From the NCBI RefSeq assembly GCF_003334405.1, contig NZ_QOWM01000004.1: a stretch of 64,000 bases of DNA; one strand, given 5' to 3'. Source of the DNA: Escherichia coli (GTDB taxonomy: Bacteria; Pseudomonadota; Gammaproteobacteria; Enterobacterales; Enterobacteriaceae). The notes beneath the pieces are model-generated. The model worked only from the letters and a program-made list of their open reading frames with translations. It searched no databases and was not told the origin of the DNA. Shown one piece after another: positions 14,540 through 29,747 of this stretch (the first letter of the stretch is position 1; each line of letters starts with the position of its first letter). The position numbers were made by a program, and so were the translations under genes.

Positions 14540-15006
14540 GGGCGGGACTTCCGTTTCCTGCGTGATTTTTTAGAGGAGGGCATACTTATTAATAAACCGA
14601 CGGCGATAAAAATAACGCCCATAATGCCGATAAACCCCCATTTAAAAAAATTAACCCACGGGTTATTTATCTCAGCCTTTTCAGGATGCCCGGGAGAATA
14701 ATAAACATTAACTTTATCGCCTTCGCTGTCTTCATAAAAATCGCTGCCGATACTCGAATTGAAAATTAGCGTGTAATCTGGCGTCGGTCGAAAGGCAACG
14801 ACGGGATACCACGAACCATCTTTACCCGTGCGATGAGAATGACTGGAGTGCCAGACGGTATCAACAATGACGCCTTCGGTATGAATCGCGTCTTTGCTAT
14901 AGGTGAACTGGTTATAAAAGACAACAACAGAAATGAGGATCAGTACCAGACCGATACCGAGGAATATACGAAAGAAAACTTTACTGTCCTGACTCATTAG
15001 CCACAT
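14536..15006 (-). CDS. ymfA: DUF3592 inner-membrane protein YmfA (about 153 aa)
   Basis: ORF 14536..15006; annotated start may be the internal ATG at 14997 (MSQDSKVFF). Confidence 0.85.
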
Positions 15007-15016
15007 CCTTGCTAAC

Positions 15017-15044
15017 TAAAAAACGGGCGGTAATACCACCGCCC
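15017..15044 (-). terminator. Rho-independent terminator downstream of potD (minus strand)
   Basis: Hairpin gggcggtaataccaccgccc with adjacent A-run on plus (T-run on minus). Confidence 0.6.
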
Positions 15045-15054
15045 GCTTGCTGAA

Positions 15055-16101
15055 TTAACGTCCTGCTTTCAGCTTCTGATAATACTCTTCATAAATGCTG
15101 CTGGCTGCGCCAACGTCATTCTGCCATTCGCCATTTTTAATGGTTTCAGCATCCGGGTAGAGTGTTTTATCGTTCGCCACTTCTGGACTTAACAGCTTAC
15201 GCGCCGCAAGGTTTGGCGTTGGATAACCGATAGTTTCAGCAACCTGTTTTGCCACATCCGGGCGCAGCAGGAAGTTGATCAATTTCAGCGCGCCTTCTTT
15301 GTTTTTGGCATTTGCCGGGATCGCCAGGCTGTCCATCCAGAAAATGCCGCCTTCTTTCGGCCACACCACGTCAATTGGCGTACCCGCCTGGCGTGCAACG
15401 AAAGCAGAACCGTTCCAGATCATGCCGAGGTTAACTTCGCCTTCCATGTACGGGTTCGCCGGGTTATCGGAGTTAAAGGCTGCCACGTTTGGCATCAGTT
15501 TTTTCAGCTCGTTATATGCAGCTTCAATCTCTTTCGGATCGGTGGTGTTACCGGAGTAGCCCAGCTTACGCAGCGCCATCTGGAACACTTCACGGGCATC
15601 GTCGGTCAACAGCAGGCTGCCTTTGTACTCTGGCTTCCACAGATCGGCCCAGCTGGTGACAGATTTCGGATCCACCGCATCACCGTTAACACCAATCGCC
15701 GTCGCACCCCAGATATACGGAATGGAGTAGTCGTTATTCGGGTCAAAAGGCTTGTTGAGCATGTCTGGATCGAGATTGCTGAAGTTTGTTAACTTCGACT
15801 TGTCGATCTTCTGGATCATCCCTTCTTTACGCATTTTATCAACGTAATAGGTTGAAGGAACCACCAGATCATAGGCACCGTCTTTGTATGTTTTCAGCTT
15901 GGCGTACATGGTTTCGTTCGACTCGTAAGTCGAATAGATAACCTTAATACCGGTTTCTTTGGTGAACTGTTCAAGCAGTCCTGGCGGCACGTACTCGGTC
16001 CAGTTGTAGAAATACAGCGTGTTGTTGTCATCGGCGTGAGCGGCGCTCATGCCCAGTGCCAGAGCACCCGCCGCGAGCAGGTGGCGTGACCATTTTTTCA
16101 T
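15055..16101 (-). CDS. potD: Spermidine/putrescine ABC transporter periplasmic binding protein PotD
   Basis: ORF 15055..16101, 348 aa, signal peptide; operon context potABCD. Confidence 0.95.
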   Translation of the reverse strand: MKKWSRHLLAAGALALGMSAAHADDNNTLYFYNWTEYVPPGLLEQFTKETGIKVIYSTYESNETMYAKLKTYKDGAYDLVVPSTYYVDKMRKEGMIQKIDKSKLTNFSNLDPDMLNKPFDPNNDYSIPYIWGATAIGVNGDAVDPKSVTSWADLWKPEYKGSLLLTDDAREVFQMALRKLGYSGNTTDPKEIEAAYNELKKLMPNVAAFNSDNPANPYMEGEVNLGMIWNGSAFVARQAGTPIDVVWPKEGGIFWMDSLAIPANAKNKEGALKLINFLLRPDVAKQVAETIGYPTPNLAARKLLSPEVANDKTLYPDAETIKNGEWQNDVGAASSIYEEYYQKLKAGR

Positions 16102-16892
16102 TTAACGTCCCCTGTGTTACCTTTCGTTTTATCACGAGCAATAAGCTGGCTGGCAATAACCATCACCAGCGACAGCACCAGTAATATGGTTGCCAGCGCG
16201 TTAACTTCCGGCGATACGCCGACTTTGACCATCGAATAAATTTTTAACGGCAGAATTTCATAACTTGGTCCGGTGACGAACGAAGAAACTACCACATCGT
16301 CCATCGACAGGGTAAAGCTTAACACCCAGCCCGCCGCCACCGCTGGCATTGCCAGTGGCAGAATGATTTTTCGCAGAATGGTAAATTCGCTGGCACCGAG
16401 ATCTTTCGCCGCTTCCAGCATTCGCACGTCAAAACCTTTCAGGCGCGAATACACCGTCACCACCACAAATGGCAGGCAGAAGGTGATATGCGAGAACAGC
16501 AGCGACCAGAAGCCAAGCTGAATACCCAGCAGCATAAACAGCACCAGCAGCGAAATCGCCATCACGATATCTGGTGACATCATCACCACAAACAGCATTC
16601 CGCTAACGAACGGCTTACCACGAAAGCGATAACGGTACAGCGCAACTGCCGTCAGTGAACCGATAAGCGTAGCAAACGTCGCCGAAAACACCGCCATTGT
16701 TAGTGAATGCTGCGCTGCCTGTAACAGGCTGTCGTTGTTCATCAGCAGGCTATACCATTTGGTGGTAAAACCCTGCCAGTTGATGCCAAAGCGCGAGCTG
16801 TTAAAGGAGTTCACAATCAAAATAATGATTGGGATATACAGGTACGCGTAGATAGCGGTCATAAAACCGCCGCGAAGCAGTCGACCGATCAT
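16098..16892 (-). CDS. potC: Spermidine/putrescine ABC transporter permease PotC
   Basis: ORF 16098..16892, 264 aa; start/stop overlaps with potB and potD. Confidence 0.95.
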   Translation of the reverse strand: MIGRLLRGGFMTAIYAYLYIPIIILIVNSFNSSRFGINWQGFTTKWYSLLMNNDSLLQAAQHSLTMAVFSATFATLIGSLTAVALYRYRFRGKPFVSGMLFVVMMSPDIVMAISLLVLFMLLGIQLGFWSLLFSHITFCLPFVVVTVYSRLKGFDVRMLEAAKDLGASEFTILRKIILPLAMPAVAAGWVLSFTLSMDDVVVSSFVTGPSYEILPLKIYSMVKVGVSPEVNALATILLVLSLVMVIASQLIARDKTKGNTGDVK

Positions 16893-17716
16893 TCGAGTTC
16901 CACCTTCTTATTCAGCAAACGAGAAGCGCGCCAGTAAACCAGCAACATCAGGCCCATTACGATAGTCAGCGTAATGCTGGTAGCTGCACCAAACGGCCAG
17001 TCACGAATATTAAGGAACTGGACCTTGATGACGTTACCGATCAGCAGGTTTTTCGCACCGCCCATCAGGTCGGATACATAGAACAGGCCCATCGCTGGCA
17101 GCATCACCAGCAGACATCCGGCAATAATTCCCGGCATCGTCAGTGGAATAATGATACGGATAAAAGTCTGTAACTTGCTGGCACCGAGATCGCGCGCCGC
17201 CTCAAGCAACGGCTTATCCAGTTTTTCGATACTGGAGTACAGCGGCATCACCATAAACGGCAGCAGAATGTAAACCAGACCGATAATCACCGCACTGGGC
17301 GTGAACATGATACGGATTGGTGTGTCGATAACGCCCAGCCAGAGCAAAAACTCGTTGAGATAGCCTTTGGTGCTGAGGAAAATTTTCAGCCCGTAGATAC
17401 GAATTAATGAGTTGGTCCAGAACGGAACAATCAGCAGAAACAGCAGCAGCGGACGCACCTTGTGTGGCAACTTCGCCAGAAACCAGGCAAACGGGTAGCC
17501 CAGCACCAGGCAGGCGAGGGTGGCGATCAGCGCCATATTCAGCGAGTGCAATAGCACTTCAAAATAGAGCGGATCGAGCAGACGCGTGTAGTTATCCAGC
17601 GTAAAGACCATTTTGACAAAACTGGCGTCGTCGCGGGTCAAAAAGCTGGTGCCAATGATCATCAGGTTGGGCAGAAAGACAAACAACACAAGCCAACCGA
17701 CAATAGTGACAATCAC
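16889..17716 (-). CDS. potB: Spermidine/putrescine ABC transporter permease PotB (275 aa)
   Basis: ORF 16889..17746; likely GTG start giving (M)IVTIVGWLVLFVF. Confidence 0.92.
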   Translation of the reverse strand: MIVTIVGWLVLFVFLPNLMIIGTSFLTRDDASFVKMVFTLDNYTRLLDPLYFEVLLHSLNMALIATLACLVLGYPFAWFLAKLPHKVRPLLLFLLIVPFWTNSLIRIYGLKIFLSTKGYLNEFLLWLGVIDTPIRIMFTPSAVIIGLVYILLPFMVMPLYSSIEKLDKPLLEAARDLGASKLQTFIRIIIPLTMPGIIAGCLLVMLPAMGLFYVSDLMGGAKNLLIGNVIKVQFLNIRDWPFGAATSITLTIVMGLMLLVYWRASRLLNKKVELE

Positions 17717-17729
17717 TACATTCTGGAAC

Positions 17730-18866
17730 TTACTTGTGTTCTTCATCAGCCAGTACGACCTCCCAGCTTTCTACCCAATTAATGGCCATTTTTTGGTCGA
17801 GAGAGTGGTCAAAGTCAGGATCGTCTTCATTGAAGAATTCGCTGACCATCACCATCTTGCCATTTTCCAGTTCAACAACCGACTCCAGCGTCATGCCTTT
17901 GTAGTTACGCTCGCGAACGTAACCAATCAGCCCTTCAGCGTGGTTGTCGTCGTTAATCTCTTCAACACGTAAGTCTTCCGGGCGCAGCAGAACATGCAGT
18001 TTTTGCCCCGGTTCAACGGCGAAGTTAACGTAGATATTACATTCGCGGCCTTCAACGTTGGCGCGTACGCGCTGCTCGTCTAGACGTTCGATGACAGTGG
18101 CGTTAAACATATTGATTTCGCCAATGAAGCCGGCAACAAACAGGTTTTTCGGCTCTTCGTAGATTTCACGCGGCGTGCCGTCTTGCTCAATGCGACCATC
18201 GCGCATCACCACAATCCTGTCTGACATGGTGAGTGCTTCTTCCTGGTCGTGAGTCACAAAGACGAATGTAATGCCAAGCTTACGCTGTAACGCTTTCAGC
18301 TCGTTCTGCATTTGCTTACGCAGTTTGTAATCCAGCGCTGAGAGCGACTCATCCAGCAACAACAGACGAGGCTTGTTAACCACCGCGCGAGCAATGGCGA
18401 CGCGTTGCTGTTGACCACCAGAGAGCTGATGCGGTTTGCGTTGAGCGAAGGTTTCCAACTGCACCATCCGCAGGGCTTCCATCACGCGGGGCGTAATTTC
18501 AGCAGCGGGGGTTTTTTGCATGCGCAACCCAAAGGCCACATTTTCGAACACGGTCATGTGGGGGAAAAGTGCGTAGCTTTGGAAAACAGTGTTCACATAG
18601 CGGTTTTCCGCCGGAACGTGGGTGATGTCCTCGTTATCCAGCATGATGCGTCCGGAATCAACAGTTTCCAGACCTGCAATCAGGCGAAGAACGGTTGTTT
18701 TACCGCAGCCAGAAGGGCCAAGCAGCGTGAGGAACTCGCCATTGTTGATAGTCAGATCCAGCTGGGGAATGACCTCTTTACCATCAAAGCATTTGCGAAT
18801 TCCCGCCAATTGCACCAGCGGTGAAAGCGAACTCGGTTGTTTATTCAATTTTTTACTCTGTCCCAT
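17730..18866 (-). CDS. potA: Spermidine/putrescine ABC transporter ATPase PotA
   Basis: ORF 17730..18866, 378 aa; Walker [10 protein letters not shown], signature [14 protein letters not shown]. Confidence 0.95.
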
Positions 18867-19115
18867 GTAAACGCAACGGATGGCTTACCGATGCGGGGTT
18901 TGTGGTTAACCACCTTGGTGACTCTTAATGAGGGCGGTAATTCTACGGCAAACCGCTTGAATCGCCAATCTTTGTTGTGAATTACTGGCTTAGCTTTATA
19001 TTCATTAAGGTAATGCTGATAAATATTCCCGCTTGCAGGGGTAAAAGTGACCTGACGCAATATTTGTCTTTTCTTGCTTCTTAATAATGTTGTCACAAAA
19101 AGTGAGGGTGACTAC

Positions 19116-20342
19116 ATGGATAAACTACTTGAGCGATTTTTGAACTACGTGTCTCTGGATACCCAATCAAAAGCAGGGGTGAGACAGGTTCCCAGCACGG
19201 AAGGCCAATGGAAGTTATTGCATCTGCTGAAAGAGCAGCTCGAAGAGATGGGGCTTATCAATGTGACCTTAAGTGAGAAGGGCACTTTGATGGCGACGTT
19301 ACCGGCTAACGTCCCTGGCGATATCCCGGCGATTGGCTTTATTTCTCATGTGGATACCTCACCGGATTGCAGCGGCAAAAATGTGAATCCGCAAATTGTT
19401 GAAAACTATCGCGGTGGCGATATTGCGCTGGGTATCGGCGATGAAGTTTTATCACCGGTTATGTTCCCGGTGCTGCATCAGCTACTGGGTCAGACGCTGA
19501 TTACCACCGATGGTAAAACCTTGTTAGGTGCCGATGACAAAGCAGGTATTGCAGAAATCATGACCGCGCTGGCGGTATTGCAACAGAAAAAAATTCCGCA
19601 TGGTGATATTCGCGTCGCCTTTACCCCGGATGAAGAAGTGGGCAAAGGGGCGAAACATTTTGATGTTGACGCCTTCGATGCCCGCTGGGCTTACACTGTT
19701 GATGGTGGTGGCGTAGGCGAACTGGAGTTTGAAAACTTCAACGCCGCGTCGGTCAATATCAAAATTGTCGGTAACAATGTTCATCCGGGCACGGCGAAAG
19801 GAGTGATGGTAAATGCGCTGTCGCTGGCGGCACGTATTCATGCGGAAGTTCCGGCGGATGAAAGCCCGGAAATGACAGAAGGCTATGAAGGTTTCTATCA
19901 TCTGGCGAGCATGAAAGGCACCGTTGAACGGGCCGATATGCACTACATCATCCGTGATTTCGACCGTAAACAGTTTGAAGCGCGTAAACGTAAAATGATG
20001 GAGATCGCCAAAAAAGTGGGCAAAGGGTTACATCCTGATTGCTACATTGAACTGGTGATTGAAGACAGTTACTACAATATGCGCGAGAAAGTGGTTGAGC
20101 ATCCGCATATTCTCGATATCGCCCAGCAGGCGATGCGCGATTGCGATATTGAACCGGAACTGAAACCGATCCGCGGTGGTACCGACGGCGCGCAGTTGTC
20201 GTTTATGGGATTACCGTGCCCGAACCTGTTCACTGGCGGTTACAACTATCATGGTAAGCATGAGTTTGTGACTCTGGAAGGTATGGAAAAAGCGGTGCAG
20301 GTGATCGTCCGTATTGCCGAGTTAACGGCGCAACGGAAGTAA
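19116..20342 (+). CDS. pepT: Peptidase T (tripeptide aminopeptidase), M20 family, 408 aa
   Basis: ORF 19074..20342; start placed at [19 protein letters not shown]. Confidence 0.94.
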
Positions 20343-20350
20343 GCGAAAAG

Positions 20351-20375
20351 GGATGCGGCATGTGATGCCGCATCC
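20351..20375. terminator. Hairpin (REP-like) between convergent pepT and roxA
   Basis: ggatgcggcatgtgatgccgcatcc palindrome immediately after the pepT stop. Confidence 0.5.
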
Positions 20376-20390
20376 GGCTTAAATCCAAAC

Positions 20391-21512
20391 TTACCCTTCG
20401 AAGAACCAATACCCGCTATTGACCAGCGCCGCGAGCATCGCGAGGAATGACGGATCTTCCAGCGCATCGCCAAAATTCTCCGCAGTCAGCGCAATGTTGC
20501 TGGCGAGTGCATCCAGTGCCGGACGGTGCGGGGAATCGATCTTCTCACCATTGGCATACACGTCGTCGCCAATGCGCAATACGCGCAGACCACCCAGGCG
20601 CACCAGCACTTCACCTTGTTTCAGCGCATCGTAGATTTCATCCGGCTGATAAGGCGGCTCTGGCGGCGCGATATCCAGTTCATGACGTGACTGGGATATA
20701 AACTCGCCAAACCATTGCTTAAAGTGTTCCGGCTGGTTGATCAATTCGAGCATCATCTCACGCAGTTTATCCATCTCTTGCGGCAGAACATCCGCAGGAT
20801 GAGCGCGAGGTGGAACATCCGGATCGCTGTAGTAGTTGCCGCCCAGTTCACGTTGCAGCACATAATCGGCAAATCCACTAATCAGTTCCCGCGTATTTGG
20901 CGCGCGAAAGCCCACGGAATAGTTCATCGCATTTTCCAGCGCGTAGCCTTCATGCGGGAATCCTGGCGGAATATAAAGAATATCACCAGGCTCCAGCTCT
21001 TCATCGATGATGGCTTCGAACGGATCGACCTGTAACAGATCCGGATGTGGGCAGTGCTGTTTCATTTGCAGCTTTTCGCCCACTCGCCAGCGACGACGTC
21101 CGGTACCCTGAATGATAAACACGTCGTACTGATCGAGATGCGGACCGACGCCGCCGCCGGGTACAGAAAAAGAAATCATCAGATCATCAATACGCCAGTC
21201 CGGTAGTTCACGGAACGGTCGCATCAGCGCGGCGGTCGGCTCATGCCAGTGGTTCACTGCCTGTACCAGTAATGACCAGTTGGTTTCACCGAGATGATCG
21301 TAGCTTTCGAACGGGCCGTGGCTGACCTGCCATTTGCCATCCTGGTGACTGACCAGTCGACTGTCAACTTCGCTTTCCATCGCCAGACCCGCCAACTCGT
21401 CTGGAGAGATCGGGTCAATAAAATTATTAAAGCCGCGTTTTAACACCACCGGGCGTTTCTGCCAGTGACGTTCAAGAAAATCGGGCCAGTTAAGAGTGAG
21501 TTGGTATTCCAT
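20391..21512 (-). CDS. roxA: Ribosomal protein uL16 arginine hydroxylase RoxA (YcfD), JmjC/cupin
   Basis: ORF 20391..21521; start placed at MEYQLTLNWPDFLERHWQKRPVVL. Confidence 0.9.
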   Translation of the reverse strand: MEYQLTLNWPDFLERHWQKRPVVLKRGFNNFIDPISPDELAGLAMESEVDSRLVSHQDGKWQVSHGPFESYDHLGETNWSLLVQAVNHWHEPTAALMRPFRELPDWRIDDLMISFSVPGGGVGPHLDQYDVFIIQGTGRRRWRVGEKLQMKQHCPHPDLLQVDPFEAIIDEELEPGDILYIPPGFPHEGYALENAMNYSVGFRAPNTRELISGFADYVLQRELGGNYYSDPDVPPRAHPADVLPQEMDKLREMMLELINQPEHFKQWFGEFISQSRHELDIAPPEPPYQPDEIYDALKQGEVLVRLGGLRVLRIGDDVYANGEKIDSPHRPALDALASNIALTAENFGDALEDPSFLAMLAALVNSGYWFFEG

Positions 21513-21587
21513 GTTAAGCATCCACAGGCTGGTATCTGCAACCGATTATAACGGATGCTTAACGTAATGCGTGAAGTATGGGCATAT

Positions 21588-23048
21588 TTATTCATCTTTC
21601 GGCGCAGAATGCTGGCGACCAAAAATCACCTCCATCCGCGCACCGCCCAGCATGCTCTCTCCGGCGACGATTTTACCCTCATATTGCTCGGTGATTTCGC
21701 GGGCTACCGCCAGCCCTACACCTTGCCCAGGGCGTAAAGTATCAACCCGTTGACCACGGTCGAAAATGACCTCTCGCTTGCTTAATGGAATACCGGGGCC
21801 ATCATCCTCGACCACAATATAGAGATGCTCGTCGGTTTGCCTTGCAGAAATTTCGACAAACTCGAGGCAATATTTACAGGCATTATCCAGCACGTTGCCC
21901 ATCACCTCGACAAAATCGTTCTGCTCACCGACAAAGCTGATCTCTGGCGAAATATCGAGAGAGATATTGACCCCTTTGCGTTGATACACTTTGTTCAGCG
22001 CTGAGGTGAGATTGTCCAGCAGTGGGGCGACCGGATGCAGCTCGCGGCTGAGCAATGTCCCGCCGCGCATACTGGCACGATGCAGGTAGTAGCCAATTTG
22101 CTGTGAAATGCGGCTGATTTGCTCCAGCATTACCGGCTCAGCATCACTGACGCTCATCTTTTCACTACGCAGAGAACGCAGCGTACTTTGCAGCACCGCC
22201 AGTGGCGTTTTCAGACTATGGGTCAGGTCGGTGAGCGTCGTACGGTATTTGTCGTAACGTTCGCGTTCACTTTTTAACAATCGGTTCAGGTTTCGTACCA
22301 GACTGGTCAGTTCTCGCGTTGTGGCTGGATTGAGCAATTCGCGGTTATGTTCTTCCAGTTCGCGGACTTCTTTTGCCAGGGCTTCGATGGGGCGTAAACT
22401 CCACCAGGCGGCGACCCACAGCAGCGGGATCACTAACAGCAGATTGGCTGAGAGCACATAGATAAACCAGCTCCAGACCATATAGGAACTTTTTAGCTCC
22501 ACCGGAATGGTATCCACCACCACAATGGTTAATTTTGGCATCCGCGATGTTGCCGGGTAGACGTTTACTGCCACCGAGTGGGTCATCTCCGCGTCGTCAT
22601 CATCTTCCCGCACTTCCTGCAACTGTTGCTGTATCGAATGATCTCCACTCAGCAAGAGGCTGGTATCGTTAACATCCGCTTCAATTTCATGAAAACCATT
22701 CGATTTCAGCCAGTCAGGCTGGATCATCTTCATCAGCCAGGGCACGTCACGTTGCGCCCATAAAAGCTGCCCGTTCTCATCATAAATTAGCGTCATGGTG
22801 GGGCTTTGCTTGTCGATATTTTCGGGTAACTCGACATGCAACTTATTGTTTTCCCACTTCGCAAGGGTATAGAACAGATTGCTCTCGCCACGTAACAGCC
22901 GAAACGTAGTTTTATCGAAACTGACGCTATAACCGATCAGCGCGACCATTCCGTAGGCAAGCGAAAGCACCAGTACTACCGCTGCCGTTGCCAACAGAAA
23001 ACGTACCCGCAGCGAGAGCGGGAAAAAAAGACGCAGTAATTTTTTCAT
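21588..23048 (-). CDS. phoQ: Sensor histidine kinase PhoQ
   Basis: ORF 21588..23048, 486 aa; overlaps phoP stop. Confidence 0.96.
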   Translation of the reverse strand: MKKLLRLFFPLSLRVRFLLATAAVVLVLSLAYGMVALIGYSVSFDKTTFRLLRGESNLFYTLAKWENNKLHVELPENIDKQSPTMTLIYDENGQLLWAQRDVPWLMKMIQPDWLKSNGFHEIEADVNDTSLLLSGDHSIQQQLQEVREDDDDAEMTHSVAVNVYPATSRMPKLTIVVVDTIPVELKSSYMVWSWFIYVLSANLLLVIPLLWVAAWWSLRPIEALAKEVRELEEHNRELLNPATTRELTSLVRNLNRLLKSERERYDKYRTTLTDLTHSLKTPLAVLQSTLRSLRSEKMSVSDAEPVMLEQISRISQQIGYYLHRASMRGGTLLSRELHPVAPLLDNLTSALNKVYQRKGVNISLDISPEISFVGEQNDFVEVMGNVLDNACKYCLEFVEISARQTDEHLYIVVEDDGPGIPLSKREVIFDRGQRVDTLRPGQGVGLAVAREITEQYEGKIVAGESMLGGARMEVIFGRQHSAPKDE

Positions 23049-23719
23049 CAGCGCAATTCGAACAGATAGCCCTGGCCGCGAACGGTGGTAATCACTTCTT
23101 GGGGATATTGTGCCTGAATTTTTTTGCGCAGACGTCCCATCAGTACATCAATGGTATGGCTTTCCCGCAGCTCCGCATCCGGATAGAGTTGGAGCATTAA
23201 CGAATCTTTGCTGACCACTTTGCCATTATTGCGTATCAACGTTTCCATAATGGTGTATTCGAACGCGGTCAGTTTGATCACTTCGTCATTAATAGATAAT
23301 TCACGGCGAGAGAGATCAACCTGAAACGGGGGGAGCGAAATGACCTGTGAAGCCAGACCGCTATTACGCCGCATTAATGCCTGCATTCGCGCCATCACCT
23401 CTTCAATATGAAACGGTTTAGTCACATAATCATCAGCACCGGCACTTAATACTTCGACTTTGTCCTGCCAGCTTTCACGGGCGGTTAATACCAGAATCGG
23501 CAGTGAAACATCGTTGCTACGCCAGCGGCGAATCAGTGACAGACCGTCCTCGTCTGGCAATCCGAGATCGACAATCGCAATATCCGGTATATGTTCATTG
23601 AGATAATAATCGGCTTCTTTGGCATCTTCTGCGTCATCGACCTGATGACCAGCATCCTGAATCTGAACTTTAAGGTGGTGACGTAACAACGCATTGTCTT
23701 CAACAACCAGTACGCGCAT
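23048..23719 (-). CDS. phoP: Response regulator PhoP (OmpR family)
   Basis: ORF 23048..23719, 223 aa [40 protein letters not shown]. Confidence 0.97.
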   Translation of the reverse strand: MRVLVVEDNALLRHHLKVQIQDAGHQVDDAEDAKEADYYLNEHIPDIAIVDLGLPDEDGLSLIRRWRSNDVSLPILVLTARESWQDKVEVLSAGADDYVTKPFHIEEVMARMQALMRRNSGLASQVISLPPFQVDLSRRELSINDEVIKLTAFEYTIMETLIRNNGKVVSKDSLMLQLYPDAELRESHTIDVLMGRLRKKIQAQYPQEVITTVRGQGYLFELR

Positions 23720-23779
23720 TTTTATTTCTCCCTGTCTTAATTATTAAAATAGTGTAACGCGATTATGTGGTTATGGGGG

Positions 23780-23796
23780 TAAACATTAAATAAACC
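23780..23796 (-). promoter_or_regulatory. PhoP box in the autoregulated phoPQ promoter
   Basis: Minus-strand direct repeat GGTTTATTTAATGTTTA (plus strand taaacattaaataaacc), about 60-80 bp upstream of the phoP start. Confidence 0.75.
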
Positions 23797-23887
23797 AGCG
23801 GGGAGGGGAGGTAAAGTGAAAAAATAAAAAGCGGATAATCTTAATAAGCAGGCCGGACAGCATCGCCATCCGGCACTGATACGAGGT

Positions 23888-25261
<1,374 letters not shown>

Positions 25262-25903
25262 TCACAACTCCGGGGTTAAATGAGCAAGAATTTGTTTTGC
25301 CTGAGTGGTCAGGCGATTACGAGAAAACATCAGTTGCAGACGTCCGCCGCCGACCTGGTGCCAGAGCACGGCGGCGCGAATGCCTGCCAGCAGGGTTGCG
25401 CGAACTTTCGCCTGCACTTGTGGGCTTTGCAGTACAGCAGGGGAACCGGTGACCTGAATGCGCGGGCCAAGCGGGCTAATCACATCAACATAGATAGCAG
25501 CCATCGCGCTCATCAGCGTTTCGGACTGTAAATCGAAGTGTTCGAGCTGGCGTTGCAGGCCGTTGATCCGGTTGCCCAGAGTGTCGAGCGCGCCTTTCGC
25601 TGAGGAGAGTTTGCGCTCAAGCACCATCAAGCTGAGTGTGTAGCGGGTTAATTCGGCGTTTAAGCCCTGGCGACTGCTGGCATTGAGCACGCCGAGCAGG
25701 GTTTCCAGCCCGACGCGCAGGTTGGCTTCGCTACCGCCAAAAACCGCCAGCGTCGAGCTGGGGTTCATATCAATAATACTGTTGAGTGAGACGTGTAGCG
25801 CATCGGCATCACAATGCCCCTGGTGAGCGAGTTGTTGCACCAGGCGTGCCGACTGACAAATACCGGCCAGGGCGAGGGTGATGTCATAGTAATTCTTTGC
25901 CAC
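25262..25903 (-). CDS. hflD: High-frequency lysogenization protein HflD (213 aa)
   Basis: ORF 25262..25909; probable GTG start giving (M)[13 protein letters not shown]. Confidence 0.9.
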   Translation of the reverse strand: MAKNYYDITLALAGICQSARLVQQLAHQGHCDADALHVSLNSIIDMNPSSTLAVFGGSEANLRVGLETLLGVLNASSRQGLNAELTRYTLSLMVLERKLSSAKGALDTLGNRINGLQRQLEHFDLQSETLMSAMAAIYVDVISPLGPRIQVTGSPAVLQSPQVQAKVRATLLAGIRAAVLWHQVGGGRLQLMFSRNRLTTQAKQILAHLTPEL

Positions 25904-25938
25904 GTTCACTGCTTCCTTGTTTTAAGTAAAGATAATAA

Positions 25939-27560
<1,622 letters not shown>

Positions 27561-27569
27561 TTTGCATCC

Positions 27570-28223
27570 TTAATCTGTCACTTCTCGCCATTCACCATTG
27601 GCAAGATTATCCAAAGAGTAATCACCCATCGCATAGCGAATCAGTCGCAGCGTGGGGAAGCCAACATGGGCGGTCATGCGGCGCACCTGGCGATTACGTC
27701 CTTCATATAAGGTGATCTTCAGCCAGCTGGTGGGAATACTTTTGCGTTCACGAATTGGTGGATTCCGCGGCCATAACCACGCGGGTTCGTCAACCAGCTC
27801 CGCGCCGGCGGGCAGGGTAGGGCCATCATTTAAGGTTACGCCATTGCGCAAGGCTTCAAGTGCGTCTTGTGTGGGAATACCTTCCACCTGCACATAATAG
27901 ATTTTTCCGGTGCGTTTACCCGGCTGGGTTAAACGCGCCTGCAACGCGCCGTTATTGGTCAGCACCAGCAACCCTTCGCTATCGCGGTCAAGGCGACCTG
28001 CTGCATAAACACCCTGAACCGGGATGAATTCTTTTAATGTTTTGCGTCCGGCTTCATCGGTGAACTGCGGAAGAACATCGTAGGGTTTATTGAACAGGAT
28101 CACACGCGTGGGCTGGTTTTCAGGTTTACGCCTGGTAGAACGTTGCGAGCTGAATCGCTTAACCTGGTGATTTCTAAAAGAAGTTTTTTGCATGGTATTT
28201 TCAGAGATTATGAATTGCCGCAT
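27570..28223 (-). CDS. rluE: 23S rRNA pseudouridine(2457) synthase RluE (217 aa)
   Basis: ORF 27570..28223; RsuA-family motifs. Confidence 0.92.
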
Positions 28224-28394
28224 TATAGCCTAATAACGCGCATCTTTCATGACGGCAAACAATAGGGTAGTATTGACAAGCCAATTACAAATCATTAACA
28301 AAAAATTGCTCTAAAGCATCCGTATCGCAGGACGCAAACGCATATGCAACGTGGTGGCAGACGAGCAAACCAGTAGCGCTCGAAGGAGAGGTGA

Positions 28395-29645
28395 ATGGAA
28401 AGTAAAGTAGTTGTTCCGGCACAAGGCAAGAAGATCACCCTGCAAAACGGCAAACTCAACGTTCCTGAAAATCCGATTATCCCTTACATTGAAGGTGATG
28501 GAATCGGTGTAGATGTAACCCCAGCCATGCTGAAAGTGGTCGACGCTGCAGTCGAGAAAGCCTATAAAGGCGAGCGTAAAATCTCCTGGATGGAAATTTA
28601 CACCGGTGAAAAATCCACACAGGTTTATGGTCAGGACGTCTGGCTGCCTGCTGAAACTCTTGATCTGATTCGTGAATATCGCGTTGCCATTAAAGGTCCG
28701 CTGACCACTCCGGTTGGTGGCGGTATTCGCTCTCTGAACGTTGCCCTGCGCCAGGAACTGGATCTCTACATCTGCCTGCGTCCGGTACGTTACTATCAGG
28801 GCACTCCAAGCCCGGTTAAACACCCTGAACTGACCGATATGGTTATCTTCCGTGAAAACTCGGAAGACATTTATGCGGGTATCGAATGGAAAGCAGACTC
28901 TGCCGACGCCGAGAAAGTGATTAAATTCCTGCGTGAAGAGATGGGGGTGAAGAAAATTCGCTTCCCGGAACATTGTGGTATCGGTATTAAGCCGTGTTCG
29001 GAAGAAGGCACCAAACGTCTGGTTCGTGCAGCGATCGAATACGCAATTGCTAACGATCGTGACTCTGTGACTCTGGTGCACAAAGGCAACATCATGAAGT
29101 TCACCGAAGGAGCGTTTAAAGACTGGGGCTACCAGCTGGCGCGTGAAGAGTTTGGCGGTGAACTGATCGACGGTGGCCCGTGGCTGAAAGTTAAAAACCC
29201 GAACACTGGCAAAGAGATCGTCATTAAAGACGTGATTGCTGATGCATTCCTGCAACAGATCCTGCTGCGTCCGGCTGAATATGATGTTATCGCCTGTATG
29301 AACCTGAACGGTGACTACATTTCTGACGCCCTGGCAGCGCAGGTTGGCGGTATCGGTATCGCCCCTGGTGCAAACATCGGTGACGAATGCGCCCTGTTTG
29401 AAGCCACCCACGGTACTGCGCCGAAATATGCCGGTCAGGACAAAGTAAATCCTGGCTCTATTATTCTCTCCGCTGAGATGATGCTGCGCCATATGGGTTG
29501 GACTGAAGCGGCTGACCTGATTGTTAAAGGTATGGAAGGCGCAATCAATGCCAAGACCGTAACTTATGACTTCGAACGTCTGATGGAAGGCGCTAAGCTG
29601 CTGAAATGTTCAGAGTTTGGTGAAGCGATCATCGAAAACATGTAA
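28395..29645 (+). CDS. icd: Isocitrate dehydrogenase (NADP), 416 aa, intact
   Basis: ORF 28395..29645 [41 protein letters not shown]... Confidence 0.97.
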   Translation: MESKVVVPAQGKKITLQNGKLNVPENPIIPYIEGDGIGVDVTPAMLKVVDAAVEKAYKGERKISWMEIYTGEKSTQVYGQDVWLPAETLDLIREYRVAIKGPLTTPVGGGIRSLNVALRQELDLYICLRPVRYYQGTPSPVKHPELTDMVIFRENSEDIYAGIEWKADSADAEKVIKFLREEMGVKKIRFPEHCGIGIKPCSEEGTKRLVRAAIEYAIANDRDSVTLVHKGNIMKFTEGAFKDWGYQLAREEFGGELIDGGPWLKVKNPNTGKEIVIKDVIADAFLQQILLRPAEYDVIACMNLNGDYISDALAAQVGGIGIAPGANIGDECALFEATHGTAPKYAGQDKVNPGSIILSAEMMLRHMGWTEAADLIVKGMEGAINAKTVTYDFERLMEGAKLLKCSEFGEAIIENM

Positions 29646-29668
29646 TCTCTCCATGTGTTAAATATTGA

Positions 29669-29700
29669 AACGGGCGTATAACACGCCCGTTGTTTTATTT
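29669..29700 (+). terminator. icd rho-independent terminator
   Basis: Hairpin aacgggcgt-ataac-acgcccgtt followed by tgttttattt. Confidence 0.75.
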
Positions 29701-29747
29701 ATGTGGATATTATTAATAGCATATCGAGCATATTTATATGAAGCCCA

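Noticed and set aside
28311-29492. 393-aa ORF on the minus strand
   Set aside because: Lies entirely antisense to icd; a long mirror-frame ORF of the kind common opposite highly expressed GC-rich genes, with no start context or domain signature
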